Assembly (NCBI GenBank): GCA_018970255.1
Contig: JAGWWS010000005.1
Span: 12,876 to 76,875 of the forward strand
Source of the DNA: Verrucomicrobiota bacterium
GTDB lineage: Bacteria > Verrucomicrobiota > Verrucomicrobiia > Chthoniobacterales > Terrimicrobiaceae
DNA length: 64,000 bases
Direction of reading: 5' to 3'
Below the pieces are notes generated by a model. That model worked only from the letters and a program-made list of their open reading frames with translations. It did no database searches and was not told the DNA's origin. The position numbers were made by a program, and so were the translations under genes. The first letter of the stretch is position 1. Every line of letters starts with the position of its first letter. Shown in pieces: positions 9,531-17,960 of the stretch.

Positions 9531-10033
9531 TCGAGGCGCGCGGCGAGGACCTGTTCCGTCTGGTTTTTCCGGAACGCGGCGAGGGCTTTCCTGATGGCGG
9601 GGAATTCGTGTGCGAGGATGGCTGCGGCGAAGAGGGCGGCGTTGGTGGCGCCGGCATTTCCAATCGCAAAAGTGGCAACGGGGATGCCGGCCGGCATTTG
9701 GACAATCGAAAGGAGGGAATCGTGGCCGCGGAGGGCGTGGCTTTCCACGGGGACGCCGAGGACGGGGACAGGCGTGTGGGCTGCGAGCATGCCGGGGAGG
9801 TGCGCTGCGCCGCCGGCGCCGGCGATGATGCAGCGGAGGCCGCGGGATTCGGCGGTTTTCGCATACTCCGCCATGAGGTCGGGTGTGCGGTGGGCCGAGA
9901 CGACGCGGGACTCGTGGGGGATGCCGAATTTTTTCAGGAGTGCGGCGGCGCCCTTCATGGTCGCCCAATCCGAGCGGCTGCCCATGGCGACACCGACGAG
10001 GGGCGCGGGGGATTTGCTGGATTTGTTTTTCAC
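9527..10033 (-). CDS. purE: 5-(carboxyamino)imidazole ribonucleotide mutase
   Basis: [15 protein letters not shown] ... VSAHRTPD ... [14 protein letters not shown] ... PVLGVP are PurE motifs. I chose the GTG at 10033 as the start ([15 protein letters not shown]). The start is uncertain by a few codons. Confidence 0.85.
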   Translation of the reverse strand: MKNKSSKSPAPLVGVAMGSRSDWATMKGAAALLKKFGIPHESRVVSAHRTPDLMAEYAKTAESRGLRCIIAGAGGAAHLPGMLAAHTPVPVLGVPVESHALRGHDSLLSIVQMPAGIPVATFAIGNAGATNAALFAAAILAHEFPAIRKALAAFRKNQTEQVLAARLD

Positions 10034-10063
10034 AATTCGGACTGGGGGATTTCGTAGCAAAGG

Positions 10064-10099
10064 AAAAAGCCGAGCGGAAGCGCGTTCCGCCCGGCTTTT
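10064..10099 (-). terminator. Intrinsic terminator after the small lipoprotein gene
   Basis: Arms agccgagcgg (10068-10077) and ccgcccggct (10087-10096) with one mismatch, flanked by an A-run and a T-run. On the minus strand the hairpin is followed by tttttccttt. Confidence 0.65.
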
Positions 10100-10109
10100 A
10101 AGGTCAATA

Positions 10110-10229
10110 TTACTTGGCCGTTCCGATAGTGCTCGGAGCAGGAGCCGGTGCCGGCTTGCTGGCGCAGGCGCCAAGGCCGAGTGCGGCAACCGCGAGAGCG
10201 ACTGCAGCGGCGATCGATGCGAATTTCAT
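10110..10229 (-). CDS. Small (39 aa) lipoprotein
   Basis: [39 protein letters not shown]: signal peptide plus lipobox LGAC. Strong SD AAGGAGGGG 9 nt upstream of the ATG at 10229, and its own terminator. Confidence 0.6.
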   Translation of the reverse strand: MKFASIAAAVALAVAALGLGACASKPAPAPAPSTIGTAK

Positions 10230-10393
10230 GTTATGTGTTTCCCCTCCTTTCCAGGCTGGTAGCCGCGGGGAATCTGTCAGATCGCGCCCGTGTGACAACA
10301 ATAATCGGACGCGTGTTTGCGGGGTGAATACCCGCCCCGGGAGTGGTGGCGTTGACCCTGTCTGCGAGGGCTGATACTCCTCTCCGCCCTTTC

Positions 10394-13117
10394 ATGAGCG
10401 CATACAAAAACACGATCAACCTTCCGAAAACGGATTTCCCCATGAAGGCCGGGCTGGCGCAGCGCGAGCCGGAGATTTTGGCCAAGTGGGAGGCCGGGGG
10501 GCTGTATGCGCGCATCCAGGAACGGCGCAAGGGGGCGCCCGCGTATGTGCTCCATGACGGGCCGCCGTTCGCCAATGGCGATGTGCACATGGGGACGGCT
10601 TTGAACAAGGTGCTGAAGGATTTCGTGGTGAAGTCGAAAACGATGGCGGGCTTCCGCGCGCCGTTTGTGCCGGGGTGGGATTGCCACGGGCTGCCGATCG
10701 AGTTCCGCGTGGTGAAAAGTTCCGCCGGGCTGGCGCCTGCGGAGGTGCGGCGGAGGTCGGAGGAATACGCGAGGAAGTTCATCGATATCCAACGGCGGCA
10801 ATTCAAGCGTCTCGGCGTGCTGGGCGATTGGGAGAGGCCGTATCTGACGCTCGACCCCGCCTACGAGGCCGGGATGATCGGGGCGTTTGCGAGGTTTGTG
10901 GAGGCGGGCCTGGTTTACCGGAAAAAGCGGCCGGTGCTTTGGAGCACGGGTGCGCACACGGCGCTGGCCGAGGCCGAGGTGGAGTATGCGGAACGCAAGG
11001 ACCCGGCGATCCATGTCGCGTTTCAGGCTTCGGGGGGACCGGTGGCGGAGGCGGGCGGGGCTTTTGCGATTTGGACGACCACGCCCTGGACGCTTCCGGC
11101 GAACCTGGCAATCGCCGTGCATCCTCAGGAGAAGTATTCGCTGCGGGAGGTGGTCTGCGCGGATGGTTCGAAAAAACGCATCGTGGTGGCGAATGCGCTG
11201 TGGGAGGCGTTCCTTTCGGAGACGAAATCGCAGGGCGAGGGGACTGTGCGCGAATTTACAGGGGCGGAATTGGCGGGGTCTAAAGCGCGGCATCCGTTCC
11301 TCGGGCGCGAGGTGCCGGTCATCGTGGCGGACTTCGTCACGATGGAAAAGGGGACAGGGCAAGTGCACATCGCCCCCGGGCATGGCGCGGATGACTATAT
11401 CGCCGGGCAGGCGAATGGGCTGGGGGTGCTGTCGCCGGTGGATGATTACGGGAAATTCACCGACGAGTGCGGCGTGGCGGGGTTGGTCGGATTGCATGTG
11501 CTCGAGCAGGGGAATGAGGGGGTGCTGAAAATTTTGGCGGAGCGCGGGGCGCTTTTGGCGCAGGCGGATTATTTGCACGACTACCCGCACTGCTGGCGCT
11601 CGAAGACGCCGATCCTGTTCCGCGCCGTGGAGCAGTATTTCATCCGGATCGACGGCTTGCGCGAAACGGCGCTGCGCGAGGTCGACGCCACACAGTGGAT
11701 TCCGCACTGGGGCCGCAACCGCATCCGCGGCACGGTCGAGTCGAGGCCGGATTGGTGCATCTCGCGCCAGAGGACCTGGGGTGTGCCTTTGCCGGTTTTT
11801 TACGATGCCAACGGGGAGCCGATCCTAGACCCCGCCGTGATCCGCAAGGTCGCGCAGGTTTTTTCCGAGAAGGGGACGAACTCGTGGTTCGAACTGGACG
11901 ATGCGGCGTGGTGCGGTTTGGCCGGTCTGCCCGCGGGTTGCAGCCGGCGCAACGACACGCTCGATGTGTGGATCGATTCCGGGCTGAGCCACGAGACGGT
12001 TTTGCGCCAAAGGCCGGAATTGGCGTTTCCCGCCGACCTTTACCTCGAGGCGACCGACCAGCACCGCGGCTGGTTCCAGAGTTCGCTCATGACCTCGGTC
12101 GCGCTGAATGGCAAGGCGCCCTACCGCACGGTGCTCACGCACGGGTTCGTGATGGATGTGGACACGCGGAAGAAGATTTCGAAGTCCGCCGCCGGTGGCT
12201 ACCAGAAGCCCACGGATGCCGACCACTATGTGAACAAATACGGCGCAGACCTGCTGCGGCTTTGGGTGAGCAGCGTGAATTTCACCGACGATGTGCCGTT
12301 CTCGGAGGAAATCTTCACGCGCCTGGCCGATGCGTATCGCCGGGTGCGCAACACGCTCCGGATTTTGTTGGCAAACCTGCACGACTATGACGCCGCGAAC
12401 CCGCCGGCGCCGGAATCGCTGACATTTGTGGACCGCTGGATCCTGGCGCGGTTGCAGGATGTGGTCGGCGTTTGCCTCGAGGCCTACGCGAAGCTCGAGT
12501 TCCACAAGGTCCACCACACGATCAACCAATTTTGCGCGGTGGACCTCAGCAGCCTGTATGTCGATATCACGAAGGACCGGCTGTATTGCGATGCGGCGGG
12601 GTCGGCACGGAGGAGGGCGACGCAGTTTGCGATGCACACGGTTTTCGATTCGCTGGTGCGGTTGCTCGCGCCGGTTCTGGCGTTCACCGCCGAGGAGGCT
12701 TGGGGGTATTTCCGCCCCGGGACCTCCGTGCACGAGCAGGATTTCCCCAAGCCCGATTCGGCTTGGACAAACCCTGCGGCGTTGCGTGCGATGGAGGGAT
12801 TGTTGCAAATCCGCAGCCGGATTTCGCAGGCGGTGGAGAAGCCCCAGAAAGCCGGGGAGATTGGCAGTGCGCTCGAGGCGGAGGTGAGGCTGGGTGCGAC
12901 GGCTTCCGAGATGGAGGTGCTCTCGCCGGTTCTTTCCGAGGTGGAGGAAATTTTTATTTTGAGCGACCTGAAGGTCGAGGCGGCCGAATCGCCCACCTGT
13001 GCGGTGGCGAAGACGCCGAATGCGCGCTGCGAGAGGTGCTGGCGGCACCGCCCGGAGGTCGGGCAGAGCGCGAAACACCCGACGCTCTGTGCGCGCTGCG
13101 AGGGGGCGGTGGGATGA
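10394..13117 (+). CDS. ileS: Isoleucine--tRNA ligase
   Basis: Start at MSAYKNTINLPKTDFPMKA (ATG 10394). PPFANGDVHMGT (HIGH) and KISKS (KMSKS) are present, with a C-terminal CxRC zinc knuckle CERCW...CARC. Confidence 0.95.
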   Translation: MSAYKNTINLPKTDFPMKAGLAQREPEILAKWEAGGLYARIQERRKGAPAYVLHDGPPFANGDVHMGTALNKVLKDFVVKSKTMAGFRAPFVPGWDCHGLPIEFRVVKSSAGLAPAEVRRRSEEYARKFIDIQRRQFKRLGVLGDWERPYLTLDPAYEAGMIGAFARFVEAGLVYRKKRPVLWSTGAHTALAEAEVEYAERKDPAIHVAFQASGGPVAEAGGAFAIWTTTPWTLPANLAIAVHPQEKYSLREVVCADGSKKRIVVANALWEAFLSETKSQGEGTVREFTGAELAGSKARHPFLGREVPVIVADFVTMEKGTGQVHIAPGHGADDYIAGQANGLGVLSPVDDYGKFTDECGVAGLVGLHVLEQGNEGVLKILAERGALLAQADYLHDYPHCWRSKTPILFRAVEQYFIRIDGLRETALREVDATQWIPHWGRNRIRGTVESRPDWCISRQRTWGVPLPVFYDANGEPILDPAVIRKVAQVFSEKGTNSWFELDDAAWCGLAGLPAGCSRRNDTLDVWIDSGLSHETVLRQRPELAFPADLYLEATDQHRGWFQSSLMTSVALNGKAPYRTVLTHGFVMDVDTRKKISKSAAGGYQKPTDADHYVNKYGADLLRLWVSSVNFTDDVPFSEEIFTRLADAYRRVRNTLRILLANLHDYDAANPPAPESLTFVDRWILARLQDVVGVCLEAYAKLEFHKVHHTINQFCAVDLSSLYVDITKDRLYCDAAGSARRRATQFAMHTVFDSLVRLLAPVLAFTAEEAWGYFRPGTSVHEQDFPKPDSAWTNPAALRAMEGLLQIRSRISQAVEKPQKAGEIGSALEAEVRLGATASEMEVLSPVLSEVEEIFILSDLKVEAAESPTCAVAKTPNARCERCWRHRPEVGQSAKHPTLCARCEGAVG

Positions 13118-13160
13118 TTGGCCACAGAGGACACGGAAGTCACAGGGCGGGGAGTTTGGG

Positions 13161-13640
13161 ATGAGGCTGGTCCTTTTTTTAACGCTGCCGCTTTACCTGC
13201 TGGACCAACTGACGAAGTGGTTGGTGTTGGCTTTCATTTCGACGAATGAGGTTGTCGAGGTGGTGCCGGGGTTTTTCAACCTCGTGCAGGTCCACAACAC
13301 GGGGGCGGCATTCGGGATGTTCAAGGGCAACAACTGGTTTTTTGTGGGGCTGGCGGCGGTGGCGCTGGTGGCGCTTTTTGTGATGGCGCGGAAAAATTGT
13401 TTTCCCGATGCGCCCACGCGGTTCGCGGCGGCGCTCCTGGCGAGCGGTGTGCTCGGGAACCTGACCGACCGGCTGGTCCACGGTTATGTCGTGGATTTTT
13501 TGGATGTGATCCTGCCGTGGTATGGTCATTGGCCGGCGTTCAATGTTGCCGACTCGTGCATTTGCGTGGCGGCGGGGATTTTTTTGGTCTCGGGGTTCCT
13601 GCCCGAGAAAAAGGCTCAGGCGGCGGGGCAGCCGAAGTAG
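13161..13640 (+). CDS. lspA: Lipoprotein signal peptidase (signal peptidase II)
   Basis: Start at MRLVLFLTLPLYLLDQLTK (ATG 13161). FNLVQVHNTGAAFG and GNLTDRLVHGYVVDF...PAFNVADS are LspA motifs. Canonical ileS-lspA linkage. Confidence 0.9.
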   Translation: MRLVLFLTLPLYLLDQLTKWLVLAFISTNEVVEVVPGFFNLVQVHNTGAAFGMFKGNNWFFVGLAAVALVALFVMARKNCFPDAPTRFAAALLASGVLGNLTDRLVHGYVVDFLDVILPWYGHWPAFNVADSCICVAAGIFLVSGFLPEKKAQAAGQPK

Positions 13641-15022
13641 CCGCGCTTGCGGATGAGGTCCGCCACGGCAGGCGGGACCATGTTTTCCCATCCCGTGTCG
13701 CCCGCCGAAATGCGGCGGAGCACATCGCGCGAGAAGATGCCTGCGTTGGCGGTGTCGGCGTTGTCCAGGTGGACGAAGCTGCCGCGGCGGGAGAGGTAGT
13801 CGTAGAGCGGGCGGAGTTCCGGCGAGACCTCGAAATTCTGCACCGTTTGCACCGGGGCGTCCGGGCTCGGGCGGAACGGGTAGACGTAAATCTTCAGGTC
13901 GTTTTTGAAGAGGCGTCCGAAGCTTTCGAGGATGCCGCCGGGGAGCTGGGAGTAGTATTTTTCGTCAAAGAGTTCGGACAGGCTCGGGACGCCGAGGACG
14001 ATGCCGATGCGCTCCTTCGTGCGCCAGGCGAGGTAGGCGGCGAGGCGGTAGTATTCGAAGTAGTCGGAGATCATCACCGTGAAGCCGCAGGCGGCGAGGA
14101 GTTCGGCGCGGGCGAGGAAATCGCGGCGGTCCACATCCTTTCCGCCGGCGAGGAGGTTCCGCATGGTGAGTTCCATGATTTGGAGGACCGGCTTGTCGGC
14201 GACGGCGGGGTCGGCCTGGAACTTCTCCGAGGCGCAGCGGAGCATGTCGAGGTTCACCTTGGTCGGCGGGCGGAAGCTGCCGCGCTCGACGAGGATGGCT
14301 TTTTTGTAAAGCACCTCGGAGGGCTGGAGGACCTCGCGGTCGGCATCGAACATGGCGGCGCCGCTGAGGCCGATTTGGACGAGCAGGAGCGCCATGAGGC
14401 GGTTGTCCACATTGCGGAATTCGATTCCGCTGAATTCGACCATGTCGATTTCGATGCGGCCGGTGGTGAGCATGTCGAGGAGCGACTCGACGAGTTTCTC
14501 TGGCATGTGGTGGAGGAAGAACGCGCCGTAGCAGAGGTTCACGCCCACGATGCCAAGGGCCTCCTGCTGGAGGGAGGCTTCGGTATCAAGCATGCGGACA
14601 TGCATGAGGATTTGGCTCGGCTCGTCATGCGGGCGGCTCTGGAACTTGATGCCCATCCAGCCGTGGCATTCGTTGCCGCCCTTGAAGCTGCGGGCGACGA
14701 CGGTGTTTGCGAAGGCGAAGAACGCGGTGGTGTCACCGCGCGAGGGGCCGAGGCGCTCGATGTTCAGCTCGAACTCGCGGTCGAGCATGGATTGCAACCT
14801 GTCCTTCGAGACATAGCGTTCGCAGCGGCCGTAGATGGCATCGCTCACCTTCATGTCGTAGGCGGACATGCTTTTCGCGATGGTGCCGGCGGCGCCGCCC
14901 ACGCGGAAGAACCAGCGGACGACCTCCTGCCCCGCGCCGATCTCGGCGAAGGTGCCATACCACTGGGGGTCGAGGTTGACCTTGAGTGCCTTTTGGTGGG
15001 TGTCGAGCGCCGGAGTGTTCAT
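13616..15022 (-). CDS. Conserved protein of unknown function with a degenerate NadD/cytidylyltransferase-like C-terminal tail
   Basis: 468 aa with normal composition. The N-terminus carries NLDPQWYGTFAEIGAGQEVVRWFF. The C-terminal IFSRDVLRRISAGDTGWENMVPPAVADLIRKRGYF resembles the ISSTxIR...vPxxVxxYIxxxxLY end of NMN/NaMN adenylyltransferases. No HxGH motif is visible. Confidence 0.55.
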   Translation of the reverse strand: MNTPALDTHQKALKVNLDPQWYGTFAEIGAGQEVVRWFFRVGGAAGTIAKSMSAYDMKVSDAIYGRCERYVSKDRLQSMLDREFELNIERLGPSRGDTTAFFAFANTVVARSFKGGNECHGWMGIKFQSRPHDEPSQILMHVRMLDTEASLQQEALGIVGVNLCYGAFFLHHMPEKLVESLLDMLTTGRIEIDMVEFSGIEFRNVDNRLMALLLVQIGLSGAAMFDADREVLQPSEVLYKKAILVERGSFRPPTKVNLDMLRCASEKFQADPAVADKPVLQIMELTMRNLLAGGKDVDRRDFLARAELLAACGFTVMISDYFEYYRLAAYLAWRTKERIGIVLGVPSLSELFDEKYYSQLPGGILESFGRLFKNDLKIYVYPFRPSPDAPVQTVQNFEVSPELRPLYDYLSRRGSFVHLDNADTANAGIFSRDVLRRISAGDTGWENMVPPAVADLIRKRGYFGCPAA

Positions 15023-15065
15023 TTGCGGTGGTTCCCTTTTTTTGCCGCTCCCTGGTTGCGGCGTG

Positions 15066-15983
15066 TCAGATTTTTTCGAAGTGCGAGATGCTTTGGAAGA
15101 GGCGGTAGCGTTCGTCGATCTGTGCGGAGTCCACGGTCTTCAGGCGCTCGAGCGAGAAGGCCTCGACATTAAAGCTCGCGAGGACGCTGCCGTGGACGAC
15201 GGCTTTTTTCAGAATGTCGAACGAGATGTCGCCCTTCGAGTTTGCGGCGAGGTAGCCCGCAAGGCCGCCAGCAAAGGTGTCGCCCGCTCCGGTGGGGTCG
15301 TGGATGTCCTCGAGCGGGAAGGCGGGGCAGCTGAAGAATTCGGCTTCGGGGCCGAAAAGGAGGCAGCCGTGCTCGCCCTTTTTCACGGCGACATAGCGCG
15401 GGCCCATGGCTCGGATTTTTTTGCCCGCCTTCACGAGGCTGGTTTCGCCGGTGAATTGGCGCGCCTCGCTGTCGTTCAGGATGAGCATGTCCACGCGCGC
15501 GACGAGGCGGTCGAGCGATTCGCGGGCGATGTTGATCCAGAGGTCCATCGTGTCCGCGATGGTGAAGCGCGGTTGGCGGACCTGGTCGAGGACATGGTGC
15601 TGCAGGTCCGGCGCGATGTTTGCGAGGAGGACGAGGGGGGTGGATTCGTAGCCCGGGGGGAGCTTGGGGGTGAAGTGTTCGAAGACATTCAGCGCGACCG
15701 AGCGGGTTTCGCGGGTGTTCATGTCCCACATGTATTCGCCCGACCAGCGGAAGGTTTTCCCGGGGACGGACTGGAGGCCGGCGAGGTCGATGCGGCGGCT
15801 TTTGAAGAGGCCGATGTGCTCGGCGGGGAAGTCGTCGCCCACGATGCCGACGAGGTTGACGGGCGAGAAATTCGAAGCGGAGACGGCGCCGTAGGAGGCC
15901 GAGCCGCCGAGGAGGTTTTTGTGTTCGGCGAGCTGGGTCTTGATGTCATCGAGCGCGATGGAGCCAACAATGAGGACGGACAT
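15066..15983 (-). CDS. PfkB-family carbohydrate/nucleoside kinase
   Basis: I chose the start MSVLIVGSIALDD (ATG 15983). C-terminal DPTGAGDTFAGG anion-hole motif of the ribokinase/PfkB family. Confidence 0.8.
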   Translation of the reverse strand: MSVLIVGSIALDDIKTQLAEHKNLLGGSASYGAVSASNFSPVNLVGIVGDDFPAEHIGLFKSRRIDLAGLQSVPGKTFRWSGEYMWDMNTRETRSVALNVFEHFTPKLPPGYESTPLVLLANIAPDLQHHVLDQVRQPRFTIADTMDLWINIARESLDRLVARVDMLILNDSEARQFTGETSLVKAGKKIRAMGPRYVAVKKGEHGCLLFGPEAEFFSCPAFPLEDIHDPTGAGDTFAGGLAGYLAANSKGDISFDILKKAVVHGSVLASFNVEAFSLERLKTVDSAQIDERYRLFQSISHFEKI

Positions 15984-16100
15984 AGACGGGAGACGATGCG
16001 CGAGGGGGTTTGGGGGTGCGAGAAAAAACGGGGCGGAGGGTTTCACCCGCCTTTCGCTCCCGCGGGGTGGGGCGAGGCTGGGAGCTGAAAATCACCGAAC

Positions 16101-16736
16101 ATGGAAACTTTTCGATACTACTTGGCGCTGTTTTTGACCGGATCGGTTCCGGCGATATTGGTTTATTTGCTGCTGCTGCATGCGCTGATTGGAGTTTGGC
16201 GAAGGATCGGCGTGGCGGCGGCGCAGATCTTTCTTTGGACTGCGGTGCTGGGGGTTTTTCTCTGGGTGATCTCTGCAACGAGGAATTTCGCGTTGGCGGA
16301 CTTCGGACCGAATCCGATTTTCTTCAACGCCGGGATGGTGTGTCTGGCAATGGCAGTTTGGTTGCGGGTGAAAGTATCGCGGAGCATTGGTTGGCGAGCG
16401 CTGTTGGGATTGCCGGAAATCGATCCCAAAAAATACAAACAGAGCCTGGTTACGAGCGGTCCGTATGCGCGGGTGAGGCATCCGAGGTATCTTCAGGCGT
16501 TCCTCGCCTTGATCGGATGGGCGTTGATTGCGAACCACCCGGCCTCGTATTTGGCCTGTTCGTTCTGGATTCCTGGAATTTGGCTCGTAGTCACGCTCGA
16601 GGAGCAGGAACTGGCCGAGCGGTTCGGTGCGGAATTTGAGGCTTACCGGAAACGGGTGCCGAAGTTTTTTGCCCTGCGGCGCGAGCGTTTCGAGGAGAAG
16701 GGTGCGCGGGATTTTACGGAAAGGCGGGCGGGTTAG
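16101..16736 (+). CDS. Isoprenylcysteine carboxyl methyltransferase (ICMT/PEMT) family membrane protein
   Basis: 211 aa with multiple TM helices. LVTSGPYARVRHPRYLQAFLALIGWAL ... EEQELAERFGAEFEAYRKRVP is the ICMT-family C-terminal signature. Confidence 0.75.
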   Translation: METFRYYLALFLTGSVPAILVYLLLLHALIGVWRRIGVAAAQIFLWTAVLGVFLWVISATRNFALADFGPNPIFFNAGMVCLAMAVWLRVKVSRSIGWRALLGLPEIDPKKYKQSLVTSGPYARVRHPRYLQAFLALIGWALIANHPASYLACSFWIPGIWLVVTLEEQELAERFGAEFEAYRKRVPKFFALRRERFEEKGARDFTERRAG

Positions 16737-17071
16737 AGCCAGTCCCAAGAGGTCAGGGTCAGTGAGCCGTCGGGTTTCTGCCACACGGTGGCGAGGGCTT
16801 CGCGGACTTTGGAGTTTTCTGTGACGGCGAGGCGGAGTTTGTAGTTCAGGCCGGCGACGACCTGGCGTTCGAGCGAGATGATTCGCACGAGGGTGATCGG
16901 GGTGGCGGATTCGCGGGATTTTTGTTCGATGGCGAAGCGGGCTGCGGCTTCGGCGTTGGTGTCGGGATTGGCGGGCTGCCAGGAGCCGGGTGGGTATTTT
17001 TTCCCGGGCTGGGTGCCGGCTTGAATGGAAAGGGGGAGAAGGAAGCTGAGGAGGAGTGCGGCGGTTTTCAT
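16733..17071 (-). CDS. Secreted cystatin-like (cysteine-protease inhibitor fold) protein
   Basis: 112 aa taken from the C-terminus of ORF 16733..17845. MKTAALLLSFLLPLSIQA signal peptide. AAARFAIEQKSRESATPITLVRIISLERQVVAGLNYKLRL parallels the chicken cystatin segment LQFAMAEYNRASNDKYSSRVVRVISAKRQLVSGIKYIL, including the QxVxG loop. The ATG at 17071 overlaps the stop of the upstream GT2 gene (ATGA). Confidence 0.6.
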   Translation of the reverse strand: MKTAALLLSFLLPLSIQAGTQPGKKYPPGSWQPANPDTNAEAAARFAIEQKSRESATPITLVRIISLERQVVAGLNYKLRLAVTENSKVREALATVWQKPDGSLTLTSWDWL

Positions 17072-17817
17072 TTGGCGGATTTTTGGAGTTTGCGGCGGAG
17101 TGAGAGGAGGGAAACGAACATGCGAAACGAGTCGCGGACGAGGTGGACCTTGCCGCCGGGGATGTCGCGCCAGCTTGAGAGCGGCTCTTCGCGCAGACGG
17201 CAACCGGCGCGCTGGAGGAGTGCGATGAGTTCCATATCGAAGCCGAAGCGCGTCTCGGTGAGACCGGGGCGCACGCGTTCGTAGCAGGAACGACGGACGA
17301 ATTTCAGGCCGCACTGGGAATCGTAAACGGGAATGCCGGTGAGATTGGCCGAGAGCGTGGCGTAGATGCGGCCGGCGAGGTGGCGCGTGAAGGTGCGTTC
17401 GATGGGGCGGCCGAGCATTTGGATGCGGTTTGCGAAGAGGCCGTCGGTGTTGGTGGACTCGTGAGCCATGCGGGCGAAGCGGATGGCTTCCGCGGCGGGG
17501 ACGGCGCCATCGGCGTCGATGAATCCGAGCCATTCGGCGCTGGTGGAGGTGCTCCATCCCGCGTAGATGGCGCCGCCTTTTCCGAGATTTTCCGGGAGGG
17601 TGAGGAGGGGCTGGAGGAAGGGATGGGTGGCGCGGAGGGATTCCACGCAGGCTCGCATGGCGGTGGACTCTGTGGTGAGGGAGCCGTCGTCGATGACGAG
17701 CAGGGAGATGTTTTGGCTGGAGGTGGAGATTTTGTTGCAAAGGTCCGGGAGGAATGCGGCGAGCCGTTGGCCTTCGTTGAAGGCGGGGACGACGAGCAAG
17801 GTTTCCGCGTGGGACAT
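17068..17817 (-). CDS. Family 2 glycosyltransferase (dolichyl/polyprenyl-phosphate glycosyltransferase-like)
   Basis: 249 aa. LLVVPAFNEGQRL, LLVIDDGS and FIDADG (DxD) form a typical GT2 (GT-A) core. Confidence 0.8.
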   Translation of the reverse strand: MSHAETLLVVPAFNEGQRLAAFLPDLCNKISTSSQNISLLVIDDGSLTTESTAMRACVESLRATHPFLQPLLTLPENLGKGGAIYAGWSTSTSAEWLGFIDADGAVPAAEAIRFARMAHESTNTDGLFANRIQMLGRPIERTFTRHLAGRIYATLSANLTGIPVYDSQCGLKFVRRSCYERVRPGLTETRFGFDMELIALLQRAGCRLREEPLSSWRDIPGGKVHLVRDSFRMFVSLLSLRRKLQKSAK

Positions 17818-17910
17818 GCGAGGTTGGTTTTAGGGGGTTGGGCACGGCACATCAAGCGGGTGGGGCGGATTGGGCTTATCAGGAGCCGGAGGCCACGCCT
17901 TGGGGGAAAG

Positions 17911-17946
17911 AAAAAACGCCGGGCCGATTTTGCGGCCCGGCGTTTT
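17911..17946 (-). terminator. Intrinsic terminator downstream of fusA
   Basis: Perfect 10-bp stem cgccgggccg (17917-17926) / cggcccggcg (17933-17942) with loop attttg. On the minus strand it is followed by ttttttctttc. Confidence 0.8.
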
Positions 17947-17960
17947 GGGTTGCGAATTTG

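Noticed and set aside
9531-9968. 146-codon N-terminal extension of the Sua5/TsaC ORF
   Set aside because: The extension is Arg/Pro-rich and lies entirely inside purE in another frame. The YrdC domain begins right after the TTG at 9530, which forms a TTGA overlap with the purE stop.
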